From Porphyridium purpureum (taxonomy: Eukaryota): 64,000 nucleotides of DNA. A program made the position numbers and the translations under genes. The stretch's first letter is position 1. Each line of letters begins with the position of its first letter. This document shows positions 44,854-54,900 of this stretch, one piece after another. The stretch covers positions 1,116,001 to 1,180,000 of the forward strand of contig VRMN01000001.1 of assembly GCA_008690995.1 (NCBI GenBank), in the 5' to 3' direction. The notes beneath the pieces are model-generated. The model made no database searches. It was not told the DNA's origin and was given only the letters and a program-made list of their open reading frames with translations.

Positions 44854-45263
44854 AATTTGACTTCAAAGAAATAAAAACAGACGCGCATACCGAAAACAAA
44901 AACGGAATGCACGGTCAACTGGTGGACACGCGTCGATGGAGACGGGCCCGACATTCAAGAGCCGCGAGACGCGAGCGAGCGCGGTCATCACTTCGTACTG
45001 AATCGCGCTCGGTTAGGTATGAAAGTGGAGAGGGAGGTACAGCGCCGCTGGACGCACGCGAGGCTACCAGTGCGCGTTTTCGCGGTGGAACGGTGTCTCT
45101 GCGCGCGACCTGTGGAATTGAGCACGACGGACCGTCTGCGGAGAGCAGCGGCTGGCGAGCTAACGTCGTGCTGCTAGTGTCCGCGCGCTCGCCCGCGCGA
45201 TAACGAGAAAAGAGGCACGGCCAGACACATGGACAGACACTGAGACACACACAGATAACTTCA

Positions 45264-47159
45264 CTAGACAGCGTCATAGTACATGCCGGCGCCGTAGATG
45301 GCGTCATAATCGGGGGGCGCGGAAATCGGTGGCTGCGGAACCGCGGTGCGCTCGGATCGTGCGGAGTGCACAGCCGGCGCGCGCGCAGGCAGATCCGCCG
45401 TGCGCAAAGGAGGGTCCGCGCTGGCAGCGGCTTGCTGCACTTGCGGTGCGGCTGGAATCGCGCACGCCGCCGTGGCTGTGCGCGAGGACGGCGCAGTAGT
45501 CCAGCTAGACGACTGCGACGATCTACCACGCCGCTGGAACAACATCACGCCGCCCATGACGACGCCGCAGAGCGCGACGGCGCACGGCACGCTCACCGCC
45601 ACCACGGCCTGCCATGACGTGCCACACGCACCCCCGAACGTGACCGAGGGACATACCGAACACTCGCCAGATGTGCCGCCCGCATATTCATTCGCAGCGC
45701 AGGTGAGATTCCCAGACACCGCAGCAGGCGCGCTATCGTCATCTGCGGCCGGCGGCGCCGCCGCACCTGCATCGCTGCTAGCATCCGGCAGTGGTGTCGG
45801 TGTTGCGCTGCTACTGTCTCCGCCGCCGCTGCCATCGCCGCTGCCATCGCCGCCGCCATCGCCGCCGCCATCGCCGCCGCCATCGCCGCCTGTGCAGCGC
45901 GCCCCGTTCTCCGCACAAGGCGCACAGCTGCCCATACCTTGCACGCGATACCAGCCCACTGCGCATGCCTCGCACTCGCCACCGGTCGCCGCTGGCTGCC
46001 AGTGCTCGGGACACGGCTCACAAGATGAGCTGCCAGGCATCGACACGTCGCCGGCTCCACATGCATCGCACATTAGCGCTCCCTGTTGCGCCTGGAACGT
46101 GCCCGACACGCACGGCGTACACAGCGCATTCGTGTCGGCCTCTGCTTCGGCCTCGACATAAAAGGTCCCGGGTGGGCACGCAACGCACTCACCCGCGCGC
46201 TCGTGCGGCAAAAAGCCTGGCGCGCACTCGCACGTGTATTCTTGCTGACCAACGTACTCAGGGATCGGGCACTGCAGATGGTTTCGTGACACGTCGAGCA
46301 CGGAGATCGTTTCGTACAAGTCCGGCACGGCCCCGCGGAACTGGTTTCCGCTCACGTTCAGAAGCACAACAGGCGCGGACGCAGAAAGGAGCGGGAACGG
46401 GCCTTCAAACGCGTTCTCCTGCACTTCAAGAGCGGCAAGCGCACGTACGCGCTCCAATGCCGGGAAGGGACCCGACAGAAGGTTCAACGACAGGTCTACG
46501 CGCTCCAGGGAAGTGAGCGACGAAACGCAGCCCGGCAGCGGACCGGCCAAGGATGCATTCGACAAGAGCAGCTCGCGCAGCCCAGACCACGCACACACAT
46601 TTCCATCCAGCGACGTTCCGAGCGGATTCCCAGCAAGGCTCACGTATTTCAGACCACCCAACTGACCGAGCACCGGGAAAACCGGTCCGGAAATAAAGTT
46701 GTCGTGAAGTGCAAGATGCTCCAGGCTTCGCAGATCGGCCATCCACGCCGGAAGCCGTCCGGAGACGTCGTTATCCGACAAATCGAGCTTCTGCAGCCGC
46801 GGAAGACCGCGAAGGGCACCCGGAAACTCGCATGCGAGACCTTGCGAAGACAAGTTGAGCTCCAGGACGTGCGCGCCGCTCACATCGCACGTCACGAACG
46901 GAGAAAAGTCACACGGGTCGACGTCGAAGCCGTCCCAGCAATCAAACTCTATTTCTTCTCCGCAGAAAAACGTCCTCCACCATCCTGAACCACCGCACAC
47001 CCGAGCAAGCTGCCGAATTTCCTCCCTCTCAGCTCGCTCCAGACCTTCCACCAAGCCTACAAGCAGCGCTACGCAAAGCACCGCCGCCGCCACGAGCATG
47101 CGCCCGCCACACCTGTCCGCCGTCACTTTGTCGCGTGCGCGCGTTCGAACAGCTACCAT
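45264..47159 (-). CDS. Type I membrane receptor-like protein: signal peptide, plant-type LRRs, Cys-rich (ephrin-receptor-like/GCC) repeats, TM, short cytoplasmic tail
   Basis: LxxLxLxxNxLSG repeats; CVACPPGTF, CTPCVSGTFQ, CEACAVGWY; TM VVAVSVPCAVALCGVVMGGVMLF followed by QRRGR; start at ATG 47159 or 47099. Confidence 0.85.
   Translation of the reverse strand: MVAVRTRARDKVTADRCGGRMLVAAAVLCVALLVGLVEGLERAEREEIRQLARVCGGSGWWRTFFCGEEIEFDCWDGFDVDPCDFSPFVTCDVSGAHVLELNLSSQGLACEFPGALRGLPRLQKLDLSDNDVSGRLPAWMADLRSLEHLALHDNFISGPVFPVLGQLGGLKYVSLAGNPLGTSLDGNVCAWSGLRELLLSNASLAGPLPGCVSSLTSLERVDLSLNLLSGPFPALERVRALAALEVQENAFEGPFPLLSASAPVVLLNVSGNQFRGAVPDLYETISVLDVSRNHLQCPIPEYVGQQEYTCECAPGFLPHERAGECVACPPGTFYVEAEAEADTNALCTPCVSGTFQAQQGALMCDACGAGDVSMPGSSSCEPCPEHWQPAATGGECEACAVGWYRVQGMGSCAPCAENGARCTGGDGGGDGGGDGGGDGSGDGSGGGDSSSATPTPLPDASSDAGAAAPPAADDDSAPAAVSGNLTCAANEYAGGTSGECSVCPSVTFGGACGTSWQAVVAVSVPCAVALCGVVMGGVMLFQRRGRSSQSSSWTTAPSSRTATAACAIPAAPQVQQAAASADPPLRTADLPARAPAVHSARSERTAVPQPPISAPPDYDAIYGAGMYYDAV
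45820..45890 (-). repeat. Coding 12-bp repeat encoding GGDG/GSGD linker
   Basis: ccgccatcgccg units on + strand. Confidence 0.85.
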
Positions 47160-47654
47160 TCTGGTCCTCGCTTGCAACAGTTGCTTGTGTGTCTGTCGAC
47201 GCGGTCACACGGCTCCGTTCACCCAACTTGTCCTTTGCGAGCTATCTGTCGAGCAACCCACCATACAGGCGCGCACCCAGGGTTGCACTCACTGGGCAGC
47301 CGGCTGACGATCGCTTCTATAGTGTCCGTCAACCCCTCCTTCAAGCGGACACAAGCGCATTCATCCATGCCATCGCGTGGTCAGCGTCGGTCCATCACCA
47401 AGTCTGTTGCCGTGGCTTGGAACGGCAAGAAACGCAATCGAAACACATTGGCGATCAGGGCCCGTGTGACTTCCATCCATCCCGGCTCCCGTCCAAACTG
47501 TGTCTAGACTGCGCCCCACTGCAGCACCTGGTTTCGAACGCGAAAAGGCAACATTTGTGATCGGAGCACGCCCTTCTCATCCGACGACACCGAGCGTTTT
47601 GAAAATTGATTCGCGTCCGGTCGCGAAATATTCAGTCTGTATCGGAAATGTCGC

Positions 47655-48758
47655 TTAGGTTGTCCATACGGCGGTTCCATAAATGAGAATGCCCAGAATT
47701 TGCGCAGCGACGAGCGTCGCCAAAGCATAGATCCAGTTGTGCATTATGTGAGGAGAGCGGGCCGGATTCTCCTCTGCAAGGGCTTTTGCATATAGCATCG
47801 CAATTTCCTTGATCCATGTACTGACCGTTGACATGCAACCCATGATGCCAGAGGATACTGCACCAATCCACTTGGTTGCCAATGTGTCGGACTTGTCTAG
47901 CACCTGCGGAATCTGGACCAAAGCGTCCAGCATCGTCGCACCCACATTCGTAAGAAACGTACCGAGCGGAAACCACGACCCAGCGCCGAATCTTTTGGGG
48001 GAATTCGTGTTCAAGAACGACAGCTGCCAGCGGATCATTGTTCCAATAGGCGCAAGTGCCGCGGCGATCCATATCTTTTGCCTCGAAGGATCTGCATGAT
48101 CGATGAAACAAGCCGCGAGAATCGGGCCCCATGTCACTGCTGCGAAGACGCTTGAAAAGATGAACATGTGGCTTGTCTTAAAGCGCGAGTCCAGCTCAAA
48201 TTCAGCCCCTCCCGAACTACTGAGTATGCTGTCCTGATGGCTGTGTCTCTCGTCAGGCTCCGCACCGTCTTGATTCGAGACCGGAGATACTTGACTCTGA
48301 GCGGCTCGTGACTTTTCCATGCGTGTATAAGCCAGCAAGCCCACAATATGCACAAGCTGGCGCCCAACCATGAAGGACATAAATGCAACATGGGTTCCGA
48401 TGATTAGGGCAAAGAAGGCACCAACCCAGTTGCCCGCGATGAACATTTGGACGACCTGGAAATTCCAGCTGGCGAACGTAGTAAGACTGCCCATGAATGC
48501 GGTGCCGATCATGTGTACTAGATGCGGATGGAGCGAATCCAATCTGCCCTTGACAACCTCATGATGCACCACACCCATGAGGAAAGAGCCAAGCGCGTTC
48601 ACCGGCAAGTCAAGAAACACCGCGCTCGTGTTTGACGTTACGTTGATGACCGTTGGGCCAAATAAAATTTCAACATACGCACGCGAAATTGTGCCCAGCA
48701 CGCTCGGAGCCACGAGATGCACGCTCAAAACTACCCATTCCGGCACAGTCCGCAACAT
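47655..48758 (-). CDS. FEX: Fluoride export channel FEX (two fused Fluc/CrcB domains)
   Basis: LGTISR, LPVNALGSFLMG, GTAFMGSLTTFASW; second domain PIGTMIRWQL, PLGTFLTNV, GIMGCMSTVSTW; first ATG at 48758. Confidence 0.88.
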   Translation of the reverse strand: MLRTVPEWVVLSVHLVAPSVLGTISRAYVEILFGPTVINVTSNTSAVFLDLPVNALGSFLMGVVHHEVVKGRLDSLHPHLVHMIGTAFMGSLTTFASWNFQVVQMFIAGNWVGAFFALIIGTHVAFMSFMVGRQLVHIVGLLAYTRMEKSRAAQSQVSPVSNQDGAEPDERHSHQDSILSSSGGAEFELDSRFKTSHMFIFSSVFAAVTWGPILAACFIDHADPSRQKIWIAAALAPIGTMIRWQLSFLNTNSPKRFGAGSWFPLGTFLTNVGATMLDALVQIPQVLDKSDTLATKWIGAVSSGIMGCMSTVSTWIKEIAMLYAKALAEENPARSPHIMHNWIYALATLVAAQILGILIYGTAVWTT

Positions 48759-49024
48759 GGTGGTGTCGATTATTTCCCGATCGAACACGTCCGTTGGAAG
48801 TGGTTGTTCACGCCTCACTTCTGGCCATCATTCGTCGGAGCGAATATTTTCCATGAACACGACGAACGCGGGCGATCCACTAGGCATGATTGCTCTGTCA
48901 GGAGCTGGAAAACGCCGGCAAGCACAGATGCCTGTGATTTCTTCACTGCCGTTGGGCCACGCATAACTTTACTCGCGATGAAAATGGTCCGTGGATCTAG
49001 GTATGCCGTTTCGACTATACATCC

Positions 49025-49978
49025 TTAGCGACCAACATAGACCGGCTTTCGTTTCTCATTGAATGCTTCCAGTCCCTCCTCGCGGTCTTTCGAGCCGAAG
49101 GTCTCTTTATAAAGCTCACCTTCAAGGAGCAACGCGGTCGGGAGGTCCACATCAACAGAGGAATCAATACACCTCTTCGCCAGTTTGAGCGCCAGCGGGC
49201 CATTTTGGATGATTTGGGCAGTCAGGTCACGTGTCTTTTGCAGTGCCAGCTCGCCACTTTCTGCCTTGTCACTATCATCACCGCATACATAGTTTAGCAA
49301 CCCGAGTTCCTTGGCCTCTCTCGCAGAAACGCGGCGCGCAGTAAAGATCAGGTCCTTCGCGCGACTGATTCCGACGAGACGCGCTAGGGTAGCAGAACCG
49401 CCGGCACCGGGAATAATGGCGTGGCTTGTTTCCGGAAACCCAAGAACCGCCTTGGAAGAACCGACGCGAATGTCACAAGCTAGCAACAGTTCGGCACCCC
49501 CACCGAGCGCATACCCGGCCACGCACCCGATAACCGGAATGGGCAATGAAGCGATATTTGCGAATGTCCTTCTAAGAAAATTTGAAAACTCGCGTGCCTG
49601 CTCATGTGACATGAACTTGCGCTCTTTGAGGTCTGCTCCCGAGCAAAACGCGCCGGCGACCGCCGACCTGATCACGACGACGCGCGGCGCTGCCGGGTTG
49701 CGTCTGTCCATCAATTTCCTCATATCTTCCACGCATTCGCTGATCTCTTTCGCCATCGAGCGACACAACGCATTCTTGAGCGCCGGTCGGTTCAGCACGA
49801 TATGCACAGCCTGGCCGTCATGTTCATGCTCGACGGAAACATACTTTTCGCGTTCGGTCCGCGCGGGCTCACGAAAGGATGAGAACGACCTGAGAGCTAT
49901 CACACCGCCTGAGCGAACAGGCTGCGCGCTCTGCCACACCGCACGCGCAGCGAGGTGCCAAACACGCACACCAAACAT
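49025..49978 (-). CDS. AUH: Mitochondrial crotonase-family enzyme, methylglutaconyl-CoA hydratase (AUH)-like
   Basis: LNRPALKNAL, FCSGADLKER, ALGGGAEL, PETSHAIIPGAGG, KDREEGLEAFNEKRKPVY; presequence from ATG 49978. Confidence 0.85.
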   Translation of the reverse strand: MFGVRVWHLAARAVWQSAQPVRSGGVIALRSFSSFREPARTEREKYVSVEHEHDGQAVHIVLNRPALKNALCRSMAKEISECVEDMRKLMDRRNPAAPRVVVIRSAVAGAFCSGADLKERKFMSHEQAREFSNFLRRTFANIASLPIPVIGCVAGYALGGGAELLLACDIRVGSSKAVLGFPETSHAIIPGAGGSATLARLVGISRAKDLIFTARRVSAREAKELGLLNYVCGDDSDKAESGELALQKTRDLTAQIIQNGPLALKLAKRCIDSSVDVDLPTALLLEGELYKETFGSKDREEGLEAFNEKRKPVYVGR

Positions 49979-50067
49979 CTCAATGTCTGTTCGACACGCA
50001 TGCAGAGATTGCAAGACACCAGTCGCAGATTTTGACCAAGCCGCATTCGGCACAAATGGGAGGCACG

Positions 50068-50139
50068 CCAATGATGACGCAATATCATCAGCCAATCACA
50101 TTCATGACATTATGTCATGATATAAATAGTATCATGACA
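50068..50139. promoter_or_regulatory. AT-rich element: two CCAAT boxes, nested TCATGA palindromes, TATAAATA
   Basis: CCAAT at 50068 and 50092; TCATGACAT-t-ATGTCATGA 50102-50120; TGTCATGATA-7nt-TATCATGACA 50113-50139. Confidence 0.55.
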
Positions 50140-51999
50140 CATATTCATCACATAGGAGAAATGCGCCTTATTGATGATACTGAGTCATTCTGGATTTCAA
50201 AGGATGCCAAGAAGTCATCTTTACAGTACAAAGATGACAATGTGGTAATGTGCGTTCGACAAAGTCGTGTCGCTCTCGATGACGTCAACGCAGCGCGTCC
50301 TGCTGGGCTTGCCGGATGCGAGCGCTCGCGACTTCCCAGAGGTAGCGGCCCTGATGTCGGACTCCTGTTCCTGCGCTAGGTTCTGCGGACTTTCCGTCAG
50401 CGCATGTGCCGCCCAAAGCGTTCTGGGGGGTTGACAGAGCATTGTATTCTTGTGCAGGCTCCTGGTTGTTCGGCCAAGATCGGCGAGATGTCAAAGCCTC
50501 GTTTTGCTCGCCTCGACAGTTTCTACGAGAGCGGCTAAGGTCATCGTCACTCCTGCGCTTTCAGAGGAAGTCTGAAAGGCGTATGCGGACCGTCTGCCCG
50601 GGCTTGCATGAGAAATGCCCATGAAAAGACGGCGCGAGGGAACTTCTTGTCTCGTGGTGACTTCGACTTTTCGCGTGAAAGGCTTGACGGCGTCTGAAGA
50701 TGTGCAGAGTTTGTCTTCTTGCACCACCGCATGAGTAGATGGACTAGCTCCAGTAGAGCCGTGGTACCTCGTTGGCTTACCGCAAAGGCTAGGTGAAGCA
50801 GACAAGTTGGTGGACCTTGCCCCTGCTACGCTTTTGAGATCAAGTGAACGAGGCCGCAAAGGCGCTGGAAGCTTGCTGGATGACCATACCACTGGAAGAG
50901 TGAAGCAGATCGATTCAAATTGCGTGCGACAGCGACCGCTCGTGGCTGAACACAGAGACGAACGGTCTGAGGCGATTTATCGGTCGAAATCTTGCGCCCC
51001 GCTCTTGGCAGCATTCTGAGATTCTGCCAGCTGGCGCACAGACGTATCGCGCTTTTCTCCAATACGCCTCCCGAGAGATCCCTAACTCGCCGGATTTCGC
51101 AATGCATGCCTTTATTGTCGGACTCGTTGCCGCAGTCTGTTCCGTATCGCGAAAGCCCTTCGAAGGGAAACCCGATTTGACTGCAAACCGAGTGTTGGCG
51201 GAAGCGTCTGACGAAAAAGGTGCAGGAAAGGTAAGTTTTGGAAATGGATTAAGGTGGAGTGAATGGCCGTCGAGACGTGCCATCTGAAGCTCTACCATAC
51301 CGCGCGACACTTTTATCTTACATTACTATGGGCAGTTTACGTGCCGGAGAAGACGCTTTCCAATGTGTTGTCAAGCAGGCTCCAAGTTTCGTGGAATTTC
51401 CTGTGAAGTGCCGTGTAGCTATGTGAAGGTTATGCGCAAGACCTTTCTCGAGTCTACGCACGTCTTCTGACAACATTGTCTGAGGCGCGTCAATCCTGTT
51501 CTACCACAGATTCGAACTTGCAATCCAACACCCTGTAAACAAATCGAGAACTCCACACCTGTACAAAATCCTTGGATGGCGAAAAAAGGAAGAAAAGACA
51601 CGCGCACGGGCAAGCATGGACAAAGAATGGGAAAAAAGCGACGACAAAAGGTTAGTAAAATGGCTTCCCATGGACGCAGAGATAGCTTGGACGAGCGAGC
51701 GTCACGAGGCATGGCTCCGGAATCTTGTTTTCATCAGCCGAACGAGACCAAGTGTTTCTCACCTTGCGCGAGCGCAATCGACGAATGTAGGCAATACAGT
51801 AATTGGTTGTTCATCACGCGAAAAAAAGAGGCCGGAAGAGAAAGAAAGAGGAAGAATGCACATGTTGTCCGCGTGGTGCATAGCAAGTCTGCACGCACAC
51901 GCGAACGCGCACATGAGTCCAGCATTCAACCCACAAACCGCAGATTCGAACAACTTACTGAAAACATGAGCAAAACGCGAGACTAGCTCACCATGTCCT

Positions 52000-54900
52000 T
52001 CAACGCGGAGACGTTGGACCGCTTTCTCTCTCCTGTTCGTGTCCACCCCCGTCTCCGCTGTCGCCATTCACGACGGATGTCACGGGCGGCGGTTTCGGGA
52101 TAAACATCGTGAACCCCGCGGGTGGCGGAATTACTGTGGGCGTCGGCACGAGTGGAAGCACAGGAGCTTGTCCAGGCGACGGTCCTCCTGCACCCGCTGA
52201 CGTAGCGGTATCACCGCTGAGATTGCTTTGGGAGGCGTTAAATGTATCAACATATCGTGTCCGGGCGCTAACATTCCCACCACGCGCTCCGCCACGCCCC
52301 CCTTGACCTCGCCCGCGCGCCGCCCCTCCCCTGCCAGCACCGACCCGACGTGCGAGCGGCTCTCCAGGAAACTGCGCAACCGCTGCAGGTGCCGAGTCGA
52401 CGCCTGACGGGGAACTTTCTCGGTGCGGATGCGCTTGCTCGGGCAAGTGAGAGCCGGCCGGCTTGTCCAGCATTGCGTCAGAAACCCTGTCGCTCTCGTC
52501 CATGAGCACAGAAGCCGTTCTTGAATGGCTACTTCCTGCACCGACAGGATTGCCTAGTCTCGGCTCTGCAAGCATGTCTGCGAAAGCGCTCGGCGTCGAG
52601 GCTTTTCTCGTACGATCAGTGATCGCAGCCCCAGCCATGGGTGGCGGAGGTATCACAGACTCTGCTTCCACCTGTTCCTCTTCCCCTCGAACAACATACC
52701 GCTGCAATTTGTCGTTCCAGTAAAAGTCGTTGCGCACGCCCATGTGGGCCCTTTTCGGTGCACCCACCAAACTGCGTATCTTCTCTCCGAAACCAGCAAA
52801 TGCAGACGCACGCCGCGCTTTGCGTGACGCATCGGTAACGTCCCTCTCTTTCTGTAGCTTGCTCGAAGCTGCAGGCTGCGCACGAAGCTGCAGACCGGCT
52901 TCGCCGTCTCGCTTTGGCGCTGATGGGGCTTGAACGGCATCGCTAGGGGTAGCAACGTCAGCTATCTCCGTAGTATCATCACTGCCCGGCGGTTGACTTG
53001 CGGGGTCCGCAGCCAAACCGAACGTCCAGCGGCGGCGTCGACGGTCATCTACAGAGTCGTCCATGTTCTCCCTCGTATCCTGCTCGCTCTGCTTTGTTTC
53101 CTGATGCAAGCTGGGTACTGTACGGGAATCCAGCTGCGACGGCACCTCCAGCGACTGTCCAGTCCCACTTAAGTCTGCATCTTCCAACGGGGGGCCGGTA
53201 ATACTTTCATCATCCAGCGCCGCGCGTCCATCAAATCCAAGTCCAAGTCCAGGCGGCTTCACCACGAGAGACGAGAAGTTGTTGTTGGTGTCCACACTAT
53301 TCTGCTGCAGGTATGGTGCATAGGCTGTCGATGCACTCAGCCCCGACTTGCGCGAAAATCGATTCCGGGCTTGCGGTTGCGTGGCCTTTCGTGAAGGTAG
53401 CTGTGCTGGTACAAAGAGTGGCACTGGCGTCGGTTCTTCAGAAAAAGAGGGCACAAGTGTCCGAGGTGACCTTGGACTATCTGATGATCTCATATCCTGA
53501 TCCATGCTCCCGTGCTGGTCCTCATCGATCACGGGCACAAATGCTTGCTCACCAAGAGTACGATCTTCAACGTCAGCAAGTGCCAATCCTGTCGACGGTA
53601 GCACCACATCGCCGGCTGCGGTAATTTCTTGGCGCACAGCCTGGTTCTTCAGATCCTCTACCGACAAACTGCGAACCTGATGGGCAAAATCTTCCGCAGC
53701 GTTTGAATCCACCGTGTTCAGTCCCAGACGAATGCGAGGCTGAAACGAAACCAAAGGTCCCTTCTTTCCGTTTGCATACAATGACAAAGGGTCTGTGCCA
53801 GTTACTGTGGCTTCATCATCTTCCTCGTCCTCGTCGTCCCGGAGCAAATCCTCCAGCTCAGCCTCGTCGGCTGCCGGACCCCTGTGCAGGTGCCAGTTTT
53901 CTGTGCGCGCTCCCGCGCTTCCGCCACTACCACTGCTACGGGTGCGCTCGCTTACAAACCCATCGGTCTCTGACGCTCCGACCGTAACCGGAGGCATCGC
54001 GATAGTAGGAGGTGGCGATGCAAGAACAGGTACCACTGCAGGTGGACTGGGCAACGATTTCTTGCTTGATGACGAGCGAATCACGAGAGCAGCAGCAGCG
54101 GTAGTAGCGTTAGCATATTCGTCTTCCGCATTGGTCTTGCCCAGAGGCAAAATCTGGACTTCCGGCACATGTTGTTCACTCTCTTCCGGACCGGCAGTTG
54201 AACGGTTTGGTTCAGAAACTACAAGTTGGGGCGGCACTACAATCTCGCCTTGCGACTTTATCCCCGTTTCCCGTTGTGAGTGAGCAAAACGCTCTCGTGT
54301 TTGCTCCTGAGTTTCCTCCGATTCAAGTAGCTGCCGCGCTCGTGATGCCAAAGCGCTGTCGCGACCTTGTATCACCCCAAGGAGCGCCACAATGCGTTCG
54401 AGACTCTCCTTGAACGACGACTGCTGACGCTGTTGACTATTCGACTCACGCACGTCATCAGACAGTCTGAGAAAGTCCTCGGTAGTGATTGCGGTCTCAA
54501 GTGTGGAGACAACCCAGGATAACCATGAGATGGCAGCATCAGGCCGATTCGCAAATTCATACAGACCATGAGCGAGCTCAATCACGTCGGGAAGAGCAAA
54601 TAGAACCACAACGTACATCTCGTGCGTGGTACATAGGGCTCGATGTCGAAGCAAGTAGCACGCAACCAATATCCCTACGCGATCAGCCGATGACAAAACA
54701 GAAGCCCCACGCCTATCACCGCTGTTCCCATTGTCGAAGTCACGCAAAAGTAGAAGGAGCTCGCCATCATGACTCGCATTTTCATGCCATCGATTCATTG
54801 TGGTCGAATGAGCTTGACTTGAACCTTCACAGACACGCTGAAGGAGTGCACAAACCACAAACCCGGTAGGCGAGCCGTGACGCAACAAAACAAGTGCCAG

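Noticed and set aside
45346..46516. Pro-rich (SPPP) and His/Arg-rich plus-strand ORFs
   Set aside because: Antisense readings of the GGDG repeat in the LRR receptor
48760..49024. Fluoride riboswitch upstream of FEX
   Set aside because: Only loose GGCAGTGAAG and TGATGG similarity; required P1 and pseudoknot pairing not found
49311..50120. 269-aa plus-strand ORF
   Set aside because: Antisense to the AUH-like gene
50555..50585. RNase P/MRP CR-I-like GAGGAAGTCTG
   Set aside because: No matching CR-V partner seen downstream; it is part of a simple local hairpin
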